Positions 1 through 9,580 of a stretch of DNA of 46,162 nucleotides are shown piece after piece (positions within the stretch are counted from its first letter, which is position 1; the number at the start of each line of letters is the position of its first letter). A program made the position numbers and the translations under genes. The stretch covers positions 1 to 46,162 of the forward strand of contig JANRLD010000009.1 of assembly GCA_033762915.1 (NCBI GenBank). The letters run 5' to 3'. This DNA comes from Meiothermus sp. (GTDB lineage Bacteria > Deinococcota > Deinococci > Deinococcales > Thermaceae). The notes beneath the pieces are model-generated. The model was not told the DNA's origin. It was given only the letters and a program-made list of their open reading frames with translations, and searched no databases.

Positions 1-72
1 CAGGTTCTCGGCAATCTCCTGCGCCAGCGGGAGATTTGACTGCCCGCTGAAGATCATCAGTGGTCGTTCCAT
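1..72 (-). CDS. prs: ribose-phosphate pyrophosphokinase, N-terminal 24 aa (continues beyond the left edge)
   Basis: Manual translation MERPLMIFSGQSNLPLAQEIAENL matches the conserved Prs N-terminus (IFSG.SN..LA.EIA..L). Confidence 0.85.
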   Translation of the reverse strand, partial: MERPLMIFSGQSNLPLAQEIAENL

Positions 73-187
73 AGCCGCCGCACAGCATACTCGCCCTTCG
101 GGTTTAGAGGAAGGAGGAAGACCCTAGCGGCAAGATACAAAGGGAAGCCCTGATGCCTCTGGCCTCTCCCTCCTTGCGCACCGAACG

Positions 188-1243
188 TTAGGGCTCGAGC
201 CTTACCCTCCCCTGCCGCACCGCGTCCAGCAGCAGGCCGATGGTACGGGAGTAGTCGCCCACGCCCGCGCCGACGCCCTGGCTGGTCAGGTAGCGGTCGT
301 AGAGCTGGGTCTGGAGGTTTCGCACCCACTCAGGCAGTCGGTAACGCACGAAGACGGCCCGGGAGGCCTCGAGGTCGGCCCGCGCGGCCCCCGGCAGGGC
401 CCTCAGGGCGGCGGCGTAGCGCTCGGGCGGAAGCTGGCGGGCGGCCTCGGCCCAGAGCTTGAGGGCGGTGGCGTAGCGGGCGTAGGGGTCGTGAGCGGCC
501 AGTCCGGCCAGTGCGGCCACCAGGTCGGCGTCGGCCTCCCGCGCGTACCCGGCGATGTGGGCCAACTCGTGGGCACCTATGGCCAGCTCGAAGGGCTCCC
601 AGAGCGCGCCGTCGAGGTGGGCCTCGAGCGTGATCGGCGAGACCACCCCCGAGGCGTTGCCCAGGCGGATCAGCGAGCCGGGCGGGAGGGTCTTGGGCCA
701 GTCGGGCAGCGTCGGCGCAACCCCGGTAAGGCCGCGAACTGTCTCGACCAGGGAGGCCCGGAGGGCGGCTCGAGCCGCTCCGCTGTCGCGCTTGGCACTG
801 GCACTGCGTGCGATGAGCGTGCCCAATCTTTCGACCAGTCGCCCCAACTCTTGCGGGTTTTGCGCCCCTGCCGCCAGCCCCATTTGCGCCTCGATGCTCA
901 GCCGACCGTAGTTGGCCCCCCAGACCAGCACGAACAGCGCGTAGACCGTGGCCACCAGCAGGGCCGAGCCGCCCAGCCACTCCAGCAGCCTGCGGCGGCG
1001 CAATCGCCCCATGCTCCAAACCGCCCAGCCCGCAGGAACCAGAACGACCACCAACGCGGCCAGTGAGAACGGCACCGCCCCCGCCAGCGGCACCAGCCCC
1101 GAGGCCAGCCAGGGATAAAACCCCCGGCTGTAGTGCCGCTCGATCCACTCTGCGCCCGGCGGTGCGAACGCCCACAGCAGGGCGAAGCCCACCACCAACA
1201 CGCCCAGCAGCAGTGTAAACCCTCGAGCCAGCCGCGCCGCCAT
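188..1243 (-). CDS. DUF3810-family membrane-anchored putative zinc metalloprotease
   Basis: N-terminal TM segments, YSRGFYP and WGANY.R motifs, HELAH.AGYARE zincin motif; TAGACT -10 element 6 nt before ATG. Confidence 0.75.
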   Translation of the reverse strand: MAARLARGFTLLLGVLVVGFALLWAFAPPGAEWIERHYSRGFYPWLASGLVPLAGAVPFSLAALVVVLVPAGWAVWSMGRLRRRRLLEWLGGSALLVATVYALFVLVWGANYGRLSIEAQMGLAAGAQNPQELGRLVERLGTLIARSASAKRDSGAARAALRASLVETVRGLTGVAPTLPDWPKTLPPGSLIRLGNASGVVSPITLEAHLDGALWEPFELAIGAHELAHIAGYAREADADLVAALAGLAAHDPYARYATALKLWAEAARQLPPERYAAALRALPGAARADLEASRAVFVRYRLPEWVRNLQTQLYDRYLTSQGVGAGVGDYSRTIGLLLDAVRQGRVRLEP

Positions 1244-1340
1244 GCGCCCAGTCTAGCGAAAACATCGGGTTAGGGCGGAGGCGCGCGATATGTTCCTCTT
1301 CTCCCCCACATTTTCACACGCCTGCGGTAGGCTACGCCCG

Positions 1341-3560
1341 ATGCGGATCTTGAAGGTCACGCTGCCGCTGCCGCTCGAGCCGATGTCCTACCTGCCGCCG
1401 CACGCCGATGTGCGCCGGGGGCTTGGCCACCGGGTGGTCGTGCCGTGGCGGGGTGAGCTGCGCACCGGGGTCGTGGTCGGCGAGGAGGACAGCGAGCACA
1501 AGAGCTTCACTCTGCGCGAGGCGGTGACCTATCTCGACGAGTGGCCCTGGCTGGGGCCGCCCGAAATCGAGTTCCTCCGGGCCGCCGCCAGGGACAGCTT
1601 TTGCCCGCTGGGCCTGATGCTGGGCGACCTGGTTCCCTTCCTCGAGCCCCCCCTCAGCCATTCCGTCCGCCTGCTCCCAAACGCCGACCCCAGCGTGCTG
1701 CCGCCGGGCCTGGAGTCGCTGGTCGAGGGCTGGCAGGACGCGCGCGCCCTCGACCCCAAGCTCCTAGATTTCCTGCGCGAGTCTGGGGTGATCGAGGAGG
1801 AAGTCTCGGAGCGGCGCTCGAGCCGGCAGGTTTTGGTGCTCAAGACCGAGCTCGACAGGCTGGATAAGCTCTCCGAGAAGGCCAAGTCTGCCCTCTATGC
1901 CCTGCAAGACCTCAAGCGCGTGGAGAGCATGGCCGAGCTGGCCCGGGCGGCCGGCGTAGGCGCGGGCGTAGTGAAGGGCTTGGTGGACAAGGGCTTTATC
2001 GGATTCGAGGAGGTCGAGCCGGAGCCGGAGGCAATCGCGGTCAGGCGGCTCGAGCCGCTCCCCCTGAACACCCCGGACTTCGCCTCGATTCGCGGTGGGC
2101 GGCTCCTCGAGCGCGTCCGCGCCCTGAGCACCCTAGCCCAGACCGAGCGGCTGCTGGTCCTCTTCCCCGAGGTCTCCCTGTTGCGCAAGTTCCGCCCGTT
2201 CTTCCCTGCCGCCACGGTGTTGCACGGCGAGATGAAACCGGAGGAACGGCGGAAGGTCTGGACTGAGTTGGCCCGGGCGGATGCAGGCGAGAACGACCAG
2301 GAACCACAGACCGAGTCGTCTGCTCCCTCTCCTCTCCTCTCAACCTACCAGGGCCTTCTCCTCCCCCGCCGAGCCCACCGCGTGGTGGTGGTGGAAGAGG
2401 GAGCTGAGGCCTACAAGCTGGCGGCGGGCTCGAGGGTCTTCGTGCCCCATCTGGCCCAGCTTCGGGCCGAAATGTTGGGGGTGCCGGTCACCTTTTTGTC
2501 GGCGGTCTCCAGTGCGGAGGTGTGGGAGCGGGCGGCGGTCGAACTCGAGGCCCCCAAGCCCCGGTTGCACCTGCTGGACATGCGCCAGGAGCGGGGCTGG
2601 CCAATCTCGGGGGCGGCGCTGGCCCTCCTGCGGCAGGTCGCCGAGAAGGGGCGGCAGGCGGTGGTGCTCTCGGCTCGGCGGGGCTTCAGCGCCATGCTGC
2701 GCTGCAAGCAGTGCGACTGGAAAGCCATGTGCCCCAACTGCGAGCTGCCCCTGCGCTATCACCGCTCGGGCAGGCTGGGCATCCTGCGGTGCCACCAGTG
2801 CGGCCACGAGCACGACGCCCCCGAGCTGTGCCCCAGCTGCCAGTCCGACGTCTTCGATCCGCGCGGGCCGGGGGTGGACTGGCTGAACGAGAGCCTGCGC
2901 CAGCAGCTGCCCGACCTGCCCCGCTACCGCTACACCGCCGAGGCCAAAGACAATCTGAGCGCCCTGCTCGAGGGCAGGCCCGGCGTGCTGGTGGGCACCA
3001 CCGCCATCCTGCGCGGCCCCACCCTGCCGGAACTGGCCCTGGTGCTGCTGCCCTACGCCGACGGCTTCGTGATGGAGTCCGACTTCCGCGCCTCGGAGCG
3101 CTACCACCGCCTCCTGTGGCAGCTCGCCGACCTGCACCCGCGCCGGCGCCCGCTGCTGGTACTCCAGACCTTTGAGCCCAACCATCCGGCCCACAAGGCC
3201 CTCCAGACCGCCGACCCCCAGGCCTTCATGGAGTTCGAGCTGGCCCTGCGCCACGCCCTGCACTACCCCCCGGTCACCCGCATAGTTAAGCTCGAGGTCT
3301 CCCATCCCAAGGAGCCCCAGGCCAGGGACGCAGCCGAGCAGGTGGCAAACCTGCTGCGACCCAGGGTTCAGCCCGGCGAGCTGCTGGGGCCGGCGCCCGC
3401 CCCGGTGCCCAAACTGCGCAACCAGTACGTCTTCCACCTCCTGCTCAAGACCTCCGACGCCAGACTGCACGAACTGCTGGAGGGGCTTTCGCTGCCCCGC
3501 GGAGCCAGAGTGCGCCTCGACCCCGACCCCCAGAGCTTCGTAGGGCTGCTCGAGGACTGA
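1341..3560 (+). CDS. priA: primosomal protein N' (PriA), helicase motifs degenerate
   Basis: N-terminal G.RVVVP.R 3'-DNA-binding domain, four CxxC zinc-binding pairs, DFRASER, C-terminal GPAPAP motif; start placed at ATG 1341, 7 nt after TAGGCT. Confidence 0.9.
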   Translation: MRILKVTLPLPLEPMSYLPPHADVRRGLGHRVVVPWRGELRTGVVVGEEDSEHKSFTLREAVTYLDEWPWLGPPEIEFLRAAARDSFCPLGLMLGDLVPFLEPPLSHSVRLLPNADPSVLPPGLESLVEGWQDARALDPKLLDFLRESGVIEEEVSERRSSRQVLVLKTELDRLDKLSEKAKSALYALQDLKRVESMAELARAAGVGAGVVKGLVDKGFIGFEEVEPEPEAIAVRRLEPLPLNTPDFASIRGGRLLERVRALSTLAQTERLLVLFPEVSLLRKFRPFFPAATVLHGEMKPEERRKVWTELARADAGENDQEPQTESSAPSPLLSTYQGLLLPRRAHRVVVVEEGAEAYKLAAGSRVFVPHLAQLRAEMLGVPVTFLSAVSSAEVWERAAVELEAPKPRLHLLDMRQERGWPISGAALALLRQVAEKGRQAVVLSARRGFSAMLRCKQCDWKAMCPNCELPLRYHRSGRLGILRCHQCGHEHDAPELCPSCQSDVFDPRGPGVDWLNESLRQQLPDLPRYRYTAEAKDNLSALLEGRPGVLVGTTAILRGPTLPELALVLLPYADGFVMESDFRASERYHRLLWQLADLHPRRRPLLVLQTFEPNHPAHKALQTADPQAFMEFELALRHALHYPPVTRIVKLEVSHPKEPQARDAAEQVANLLRPRVQPGELLGPAPAPVPKLRNQYVFHLLLKTSDARLHELLEGLSLPRGARVRLDPDPQSFVGLLED

Positions 3561-3649
3561 GAGCGGTTCCCACGAACACCCCGGTACGCTGGTTTCTACC
3601 GTACCAAGCGCAATACTCCGCCCCAGTGCGGAGTATTTGTGAGAAACGC
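3561..3649. repeat. intergenic repeat with imperfect terminal inverted repeats (GCGGTTCCCAC ... GTGAGAAACGC)
   Basis: Related copies at 36073-36159, 39426-39500 and 41751-41796. Confidence 0.6.
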
Positions 3650-3805
3650 CACCGCGATCTCCGTCCGGGTGGTGGAAGGGCCGGAGAGTTGCCCCAGCGT
3701 GCCTAACCGGAGAACACCGCACCTCCACGCCCCGGTGCAAGCACCGGGGGTTCGGGACGGCGCACCACAACAAGAACGCAGACCCTTTCGAGTCTGCGCA
3801 CCTTC

Positions 3806-3900
3806 TGGCGGAGGAGGGGGGATTCGAACCCCCGATAGGGACTTTCGTTCCCTATAACGGTTTAGCAAACCGCCGCCTTCAGCCACTCGGCCACCCCTCC
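3806..3900 (-). tRNA. tRNA-Ser(GCT)
   Basis: Reverse complement GGAGGGGTGGCCGAGTGG...TT-GCT-AA...long variable arm...GTTCGAATC...CCA. Confidence 0.95.
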
Positions 3901-4020
3901 ATCTTTTCTGCGCCACCGGCACAGGGCTGTCTGGTTGTCTTCGCCTCGAGGACGAACCCCCGCAGGCGCATCCGATACTCTAGCACAAAACCCTAAAAAC
4001 TGAACAGCTTTTGCACGGCT

Positions 4021-4110
4021 TGGCGGAGGGAGAGGGATTCGAACCCCCGGTAGGGTTGCCCCCACAACGGTTTTCAAGACCGCCGCATTCAACCGCTCTG
4101 CCATCCCTCC
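4021..4110 (-). tRNA. tRNA-Ser(TGA)
   Basis: Reverse complement GGAGGGATGGCAGAGCGG...CT-TGA-AA...long variable arm...GTTCGAATC...CCA. Confidence 0.95.
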
Positions 4111-4368
4111 GCGCGGTGCCCTCAACAATCTGCTTTTCGCCCTTCCTCCGCGTTGTGGCGGACAACACGGTCTGACCCGCGCCACTCCCTCAGGGGCGGC
4201 GCGCTATCACTATGGAGTTGAGGGGCAGGGTTGTCAAGATTGGGGTACCGGAGAGCGGGGCTATACAAGCTCAGGTTTGGGCGGGTCGAATGTTGTATCC
4301 AGGGACGGCCGGCGGAGCCTTTCGCCTACCTACCCACTCCATCCTCTCAGTTTACCAGTCCGTATCGA

Positions 4369-5571
4369 CTATTTTGCCTTGCGAACCCGCCCCACCAGCA
4401 CCCCGGCCAGGACGAAGCACACCGCCGCCAGAAGGAACACCAGGGCGTAGTTGGCCTGACCCACCTCGGCCCCCTGGGCGCCGAGAGCGCCGGCCAGGAG
4501 GCCGCCGAGGACCTGGGGGAGTACACTCGAGGTCTGCCACACGCCCATATCAGCGCCGTGAGACATGGGGTTGGGCAGTATATCGGCGGCCAGGGCCCAG
4601 CTCACCGCCAGATAGGCCCCGTAAAGCAGGCCGAAGACCAACGCGGCCAGCAGCAACAGCTCGAAACGCGGAACCAGCAACATCACCACGGTCAGCAGGC
4701 CCAGCCCTACCCCCGCCCAGAGAATCGTGGGCTTGCGCCCGGCGCGGTCGGAGTGGGCGCCCGCCCAGACCGAGACAATGATGGCTCCCACGTAAATCAC
4801 TAGGCCCAGGAGGGCCACTGCTTGGCCCGCGTCATCGGCCAGCCCCTGCCACCCCAGGACCCGGTTGGCCACAAAAAACTGGAGGTAAAACAGCACCATC
4901 CACTGGGCCAGGGTCATCAGGAATCGGGTCAGCCAGACCCAGGTAAAGTCGGCGTTGCGCCAGGGGGCCAGCAGCCCCCGAACCAGACCGACGCTCTGTG
5001 GCTTAAGGCCGGGGGTCTCGCCGATGTAGCGGAAGACCAGCCAGGCCGCCCCCAGGTTCACCAGGGCGATCAGGAGCAGCTGCCACTGCTGGCTAACCAC
5101 CACGAAGCCCATCAGCCCGCCCAGGATGCTCCCCAGCGCTTGCAAGGCCCCCAGCCAGCCCGAGGCCAGGCCATGCTCGAGGCGGGCGGCACGGTCGGGG
5201 ATCAGGGCCGCGTAGGGGCCGGCGGCCACGTCGTCGGCGGCCTGGAGGAGCACGAAGGCCAGCAGGAGCTGCCAGTACGAAGGCGCGTAGGCCAGCCAGA
5301 CCAGCGCCACCCCGGTCAGCACCGCCCCCATCACGATGAAGGGCATCCGGCGCCCGACTCGGTCCGAGACGTAGCCCCACAGCGGCGGCCCCACCAGGGC
5401 CATCACCGCCCCCACCGCGAACAAGAGCGCCAGCGCGGCCACGCTGTTGTCGGGGGCCACCTCGGCCACCCGGCCCGGCAGCACCACCAGCAGCACCGCA
5501 AACCACTTTAGGCTGCTGGCAAACCAGTACGAGGAGAGGGAGAGGTACCATCCGCTGGAGTGCAGGCGCAT
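4369..5571 (-). CDS. MFS transporter
   Basis: About 12 hydrophobic segments; motif A GYVSDRVGRR and its second copy GAHSDRAGRK. Confidence 0.9.
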   Translation of the reverse strand: MRLHSSGWYLSLSSYWFASSLKWFAVLLVVLPGRVAEVAPDNSVAALALLFAVGAVMALVGPPLWGYVSDRVGRRMPFIVMGAVLTGVALVWLAYAPSYWQLLLAFVLLQAADDVAAGPYAALIPDRAARLEHGLASGWLGALQALGSILGGLMGFVVVSQQWQLLLIALVNLGAAWLVFRYIGETPGLKPQSVGLVRGLLAPWRNADFTWVWLTRFLMTLAQWMVLFYLQFFVANRVLGWQGLADDAGQAVALLGLVIYVGAIIVSVWAGAHSDRAGRKPTILWAGVGLGLLTVVMLLVPRFELLLLAALVFGLLYGAYLAVSWALAADILPNPMSHGADMGVWQTSSVLPQVLGGLLAGALGAQGAEVGQANYALVFLLAAVCFVLAGVLVGRVRKAK

Positions 5572-5761
5572 TTGCGGTTAGTGTAACACTCGAGCTGTGC
5601 GACTTGGACGGGGGACCCTGAGGGAGCGCGGCAGTTTGGCAGGCGTCTCAGGCCGGAAGCCTCTTGGGCTGACCGGGGCGGCGAACTCTATTTTCCCATT
5701 CGGGGCAGATAACGAAGAAATAACGCCGCCCTTGCTATCCTCGAGCCACAAGGGAGGCAGC

Positions 5762-6439
5762 ATGAAAAAACTGTTGGCTTGGGTGGTGGTTCTGGCGGTG
5801 GGTTTGGTGATCGCGCAGGCGGTGCAGCGGCAGCTGAACCTGGTAATCAACGGTAAGGGCAGCAGCGTCAAGGCCATCGTGGTGGGCGGGCAGAGCTACG
5901 TCCCGGTGAGCGCCCTGCAGGGCCTGGGCGTTAGCGCCGTAGTTTCGGGCGACACCCTGACCCTGACCGGCCAGTCCGCGGGCGGGGCCGACCAGCGGGT
6001 CAGCCTGGAGGCCTGCGTCAACGAGTTCGCCTTCAATGGAATCTGGCGGGCTCGAGTCACCAAAGTCGAGCCCGCCGAGTTTTTTGGGCGGAAGGGCTGG
6101 GGCGTCACCCTCGAGCTGCGAAACGGCACTGCGCGTACCCTCGAGCCGGGCCAGACCGGAGGAGCGGACGCCTCCGGCCTGAGCGTTGGCTTTGCTGACG
6201 GCTCTACCAGCGGGATGGGACTGAGTGCGGTGACGCGAGAGTACGAAAACGAGGTGCGCTCCAAGCGGCTGGCCCAGGGCGCGGCCCTGATCTACCAGCT
6301 CAAGTTCGACTCCGACCAGACCAGCCCGCCCACCAAGCTGCTCCTGGAGGTCGACCCAGCCAAGCTTCAGCGCAACCTTGGCGTAAGCTACACCACTCCC
6401 AGCCCCAGCTTCCGCTTCAAGCTAGACTGCTCGAGGTAG
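5762..6439 (+). CDS. secreted hypothetical protein
   Basis: GGAGG RBS before ATG 5762; signal peptide MKKLLAWVVVLAVGLVIA; host-like codon usage. Confidence 0.75.
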   Translation: MKKLLAWVVVLAVGLVIAQAVQRQLNLVINGKGSSVKAIVVGGQSYVPVSALQGLGVSAVVSGDTLTLTGQSAGGADQRVSLEACVNEFAFNGIWRARVTKVEPAEFFGRKGWGVTLELRNGTARTLEPGQTGGADASGLSVGFADGSTSGMGLSAVTREYENEVRSKRLAQGAALIYQLKFDSDQTSPPTKLLLEVDPAKLQRNLGVSYTTPSPSFRFKLDCSR

Positions 6440-6443
6440 AGCG

Positions 6444-6480
6444 GTGGCGGCGCGGGACTGGACAATGCCCGCGCCGCCAC
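6444..6480. terminator. GC-rich hairpin between convergent genes (likely bidirectional terminator)
   Basis: GTGGCGGCGCGGG ... CCCGCGCCGCCAC, 13-bp perfect stem. Confidence 0.6.
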
Positions 6481-6492
6481 AGTCCGGTCCCA

Positions 6493-7233
6493 CTAGAGCA
6501 GCCGCTCCGGCGGATACTCCCTGGCCTCCGGCAGCCGCTTGGCCTCTGAGACAGTGGCGGACAGCAGACGGTCGGCCTCTACCGGCCCCAGCAGGTCGCA
6601 GGCAGTCAGGTAGAGGACGTTCACAATGCCATGCATCTGCTGCTGCGAGAGGTTGCCCGCCATCGCCTCGACCGTCAGCCCGGCCTGGCTCCAGGGCTGC
6701 AAGATTGGGCGCACCAGCCCCCTGTGCTCGGTCTGCAGGGCGATCTCCACCATGATCTCGCCGAGTCCGGCGGTGGAGCGCAGGGGCTCGAGCAGCCCCC
6801 CCAGCACCCGCCGAAACACCGCTGTGGCGGGACGAACCGCCTCAGCGATCGAAGGCGACCCAGGAGCGGGCGTGTGCGTTTGGGTGTTGCCAGTGCGTGG
6901 CTGCGGGGCGGAGGCCGCCAGAGGCTGGGCGTTGACAAGCTGACCGTTTAGGGTGGGCTGCACCAGGTGGTCGGGGTAGCGCAGGAGCTGCTCGTAGCCC
7001 AGCCGCATATTCTGCATCAGAGCGCGGGTGAAGGGCATGCGCTCTTCTGCGCTCAGTCTGCCGCTTTGCGAGGCCAGCTCAGCGACCCTCGAGGCCACGA
7101 AGTGCTCCTCGGCCTCGAGGTGGGAGTTCAGCAGCACGAAGAGGGCCTGCGCCCGTTCGGCGTCGCTCATGACCGTAAGCAGCGAGGAATAGACCACCCT
7201 ACGGCGGTGATTAATCTGTTCGGGAATGACCAC
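6493..7233 (-). CDS. hypothetical protein, two helical regions joined by a Pro/Thr-rich linker; co-oriented directly after amt
   Basis: AGGAG RBS plus GTG start, 17 nt after the amt stop; 246 aa. Confidence 0.75.
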   Translation of the reverse strand: MVIPEQINHRRRVVYSSLLTVMSDAERAQALFVLLNSHLEAEEHFVASRVAELASQSGRLSAEERMPFTRALMQNMRLGYEQLLRYPDHLVQPTLNGQLVNAQPLAASAPQPRTGNTQTHTPAPGSPSIAEAVRPATAVFRRVLGGLLEPLRSTAGLGEIMVEIALQTEHRGLVRPILQPWSQAGLTVEAMAGNLSQQQMHGIVNVLYLTACDLLGPVEADRLLSATVSEAKRLPEAREYPPERLL

Positions 7234-7250
7234 GGCAAACTCCTAAAGGG

Positions 7251-8588
7251 CTAGTGGGCAGCCTCTTCCTTCTTGACCGCGGAGGGCATTTCGGCGTGGG
7301 TGCGGGCAGCCATGAACTCGGCGTAGCCCAGCTCGTAGTGCTCGGAGTAGTCCAGGCCGCGCTGCTCGTGGGTGGTTCCGGCCCGCAGTCCCAAGCTGCG
7401 GTTGATCAGCCCGAAAACCAGATATCCCGTCCCAAAGGCCCAGACCGCCGCTACCGCCCCGCCCAGAAGTTGGATACCCACGCGGGCAGGGTCGAAGAGG
7501 TCGCCGGAGAAGAACAGCCCAGTAGCGACGACCCCCCAGAAGCCGCAGAAGCCGTGGACGGGCACCGCGTCCACCACGTCGTCGATTCGGCGGGCGTGGA
7601 GCAGTTGTCCGCCGTAGACCACGATCACTCCGGCGATCAGCCCGGTCAGGATGGCAAAGGGCGGGTCCATGTACTTGGCCCCCGCCGTGACCGAGACCAG
7701 CCCACCCAGCGCCCCGTTCATCATCAGGGTGAGGAGGATTGGGCGTCGCTGAAGCGAGAGGGCCAGTAGCGTCCCGACGATGCCCGCCGCCGCGCCTAGG
7801 TGGGTGTTGAGCAGGATACGCCCCAGGTCGGAGAAGTTAGGGTTGGTGGCCCCGCCGTTGAAGCCCAGCCAGCCCACCCACAGCAAGAAGGCGCCCAGCG
7901 CGGCCAGCGGCAGGCTGTGGCCGGGGATGTTGCGCAGGCTGCCGTCCCGCCCAAAGCGCCCAAAGCGCGGCCCCAAAATCATGACGGCGGCCAGCGCGGT
8001 GAAGCCACCGATCATGTGCACTGCCGCCCCGCCCGCGGTGTCGAGGAAGCCCAGGCCACGCAGCCAGGCCGGGGCCTCGGCGGTCCCGCCCCAGACCCAG
8101 CCTCCGTAGACCGGGTAGATCAGCGTCACCACGAAGAAGGTGCCGACCAGGTAAGGGATGTAGCGGATGCGCTCGGCCACCGCGCCGCTGATGATGGTGG
8201 CGGTAGTGGCGGCAAAGAAGATTTGGTAGAGCAGGTTTACCCCGGAGAGGGGGTCGGTGGGAGTAGAGAGAAAGCTGCTGACCCCAATAAAGCCGCTGGG
8301 GTTGGCTCCGAACATCAAGCCGTAGCCGACCGCCCAGTAACCCAGGCTCGAGATGGCGCAGTCGGTGAAGTTCTTCATGATGACATTAACCGAGTTCTTG
8401 GCTCGAGCCATCCCGCTCTCGAGCAGGGCAAAACCCGGCTGCATCATCAGCACCAGCCCCGCGCAGGTGGCGATCCAGAGAACCTGCAGGAGCGTGGGGT
8501 CGAGGGTGATGGGGGTTTCGGTGCCCTGGGCAAGGGCGCTTGCGCCGATGAGTAGTGCAAGAAATCCGATCTGTCGGGCGGAACTCAT
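7251..8588 (-). CDS. amt: ammonium transporter (Amt family)
   Basis: MQPGFALLESG, ISGAVAER, D.AGG..VH, GW.GFNGG, DDVVDAVPVHG motifs. Confidence 0.95.
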   Translation of the reverse strand: MSSARQIGFLALLIGASALAQGTETPITLDPTLLQVLWIATCAGLVLMMQPGFALLESGMARAKNSVNVIMKNFTDCAISSLGYWAVGYGLMFGANPSGFIGVSSFLSTPTDPLSGVNLLYQIFFAATTATIISGAVAERIRYIPYLVGTFFVVTLIYPVYGGWVWGGTAEAPAWLRGLGFLDTAGGAAVHMIGGFTALAAVMILGPRFGRFGRDGSLRNIPGHSLPLAALGAFLLWVGWLGFNGGATNPNFSDLGRILLNTHLGAAAGIVGTLLALSLQRRPILLTLMMNGALGGLVSVTAGAKYMDPPFAILTGLIAGVIVVYGGQLLHARRIDDVVDAVPVHGFCGFWGVVATGLFFSGDLFDPARVGIQLLGGAVAAVWAFGTGYLVFGLINRSLGLRAGTTHEQRGLDYSEHYELGYAEFMAARTHAEMPSAVKKEEAAH

Positions 8589-8791
8589 ATTGAGTTCAAA
8601 GGTAGCCGAGGGCCAATATCATTCCTCGGCCAAAACTGCGTAACGCCCGGAAAAACGGTGGGTTTATTGTGTCCTCGAGCGCACTTCTCTGCGTAACGCT
8701 GTGGCCCCACTCGGCCCGCCCCGACCCCAGGGCCCGCCAAACTGGGCTAAGCCACAGCCCACTCAGGACCCAAACCGGTAAGCTAGGCCCG

Positions 8792-9580
8792 ATGAGCAGC
8801 ACCCAACCCATAGAACCCAAGGAACTCCGCAGGCGCACCACGCGATTCTTCTGGCTGGTGTTTTTCGGGCTGATGTTCTTTTTCGCCCTCAGCATCACGC
8901 TCTACGTCCGCAACGTCCTAAGGCCCTACCCGACCTCCGCCGTCGCCCAGCAAGCCCTTGTGAGCGGCCCCGGCCTACAGGTCAACAAAACGGCATACGG
9001 CTGGGAGATGGTGCCCGCGGGGCCAATCAGGGGCGGTTTCGCCTTTTACCCCGGCGGGCTGGTCGAGCCGCAGGCCTACGCACCGGTGCTGCGCCGCGTG
9101 GCCGAGGCCGGGTATAGGGTGGCCCTGCTTCAAGTACGCTTCAACCTGGCGGTGACCGAGCAGGGCAAAGCCAGGGAGGCCCTCGAGGCCCACCCGGACC
9201 TTAGGTGGGTGTTGGCCGGTCACAGCCTGGGCGGGGTAGTGGCCTCCAACTACGCCGACTCCAACCCCGACCGGGTGGCCGGGCTGGTGATGTGGGCCAG
9301 CTACCCTCAAAACAACCTCTCTTCCAAGACCCTCCCAACCCTGGCCCTGTTCGGCGAACGCGACGGCGTGACCCAGCGGGAACGGCTCGAGGCAGCTAGA
9401 GCCCTGTTTCCCCAGGGCACAGACTTCCAGACCATCCCCGGCCTCAACCACGCGGGCTTTGGTGCCTATGGCGATCAGCGGGGCGACAACCCGGCAACGG
9501 TTGGCCTCGTTCAGGGCTGGGACGAGATCTCGAGGCGAACGGTGGCGTTTATGGACCGGGTTTTGGGGGTAAAGAGGTGA
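8792..9580 (+). CDS. membrane-anchored alpha/beta hydrolase (putative carboxylesterase)
   Basis: N-terminal TM, FYPGG, GHSLGG nucleophile elbow, GERDG, NHAGFG.YG.Q.GD. Confidence 0.85.
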   Translation: MSSTQPIEPKELRRRTTRFFWLVFFGLMFFFALSITLYVRNVLRPYPTSAVAQQALVSGPGLQVNKTAYGWEMVPAGPIRGGFAFYPGGLVEPQAYAPVLRRVAEAGYRVALLQVRFNLAVTEQGKAREALEAHPDLRWVLAGHSLGGVVASNYADSNPDRVAGLVMWASYPQNNLSSKTLPTLALFGERDGVTQRERLEAARALFPQGTDFQTIPGLNHAGFGAYGDQRGDNPATVGLVQGWDEISRRTVAFMDRVLGVKR

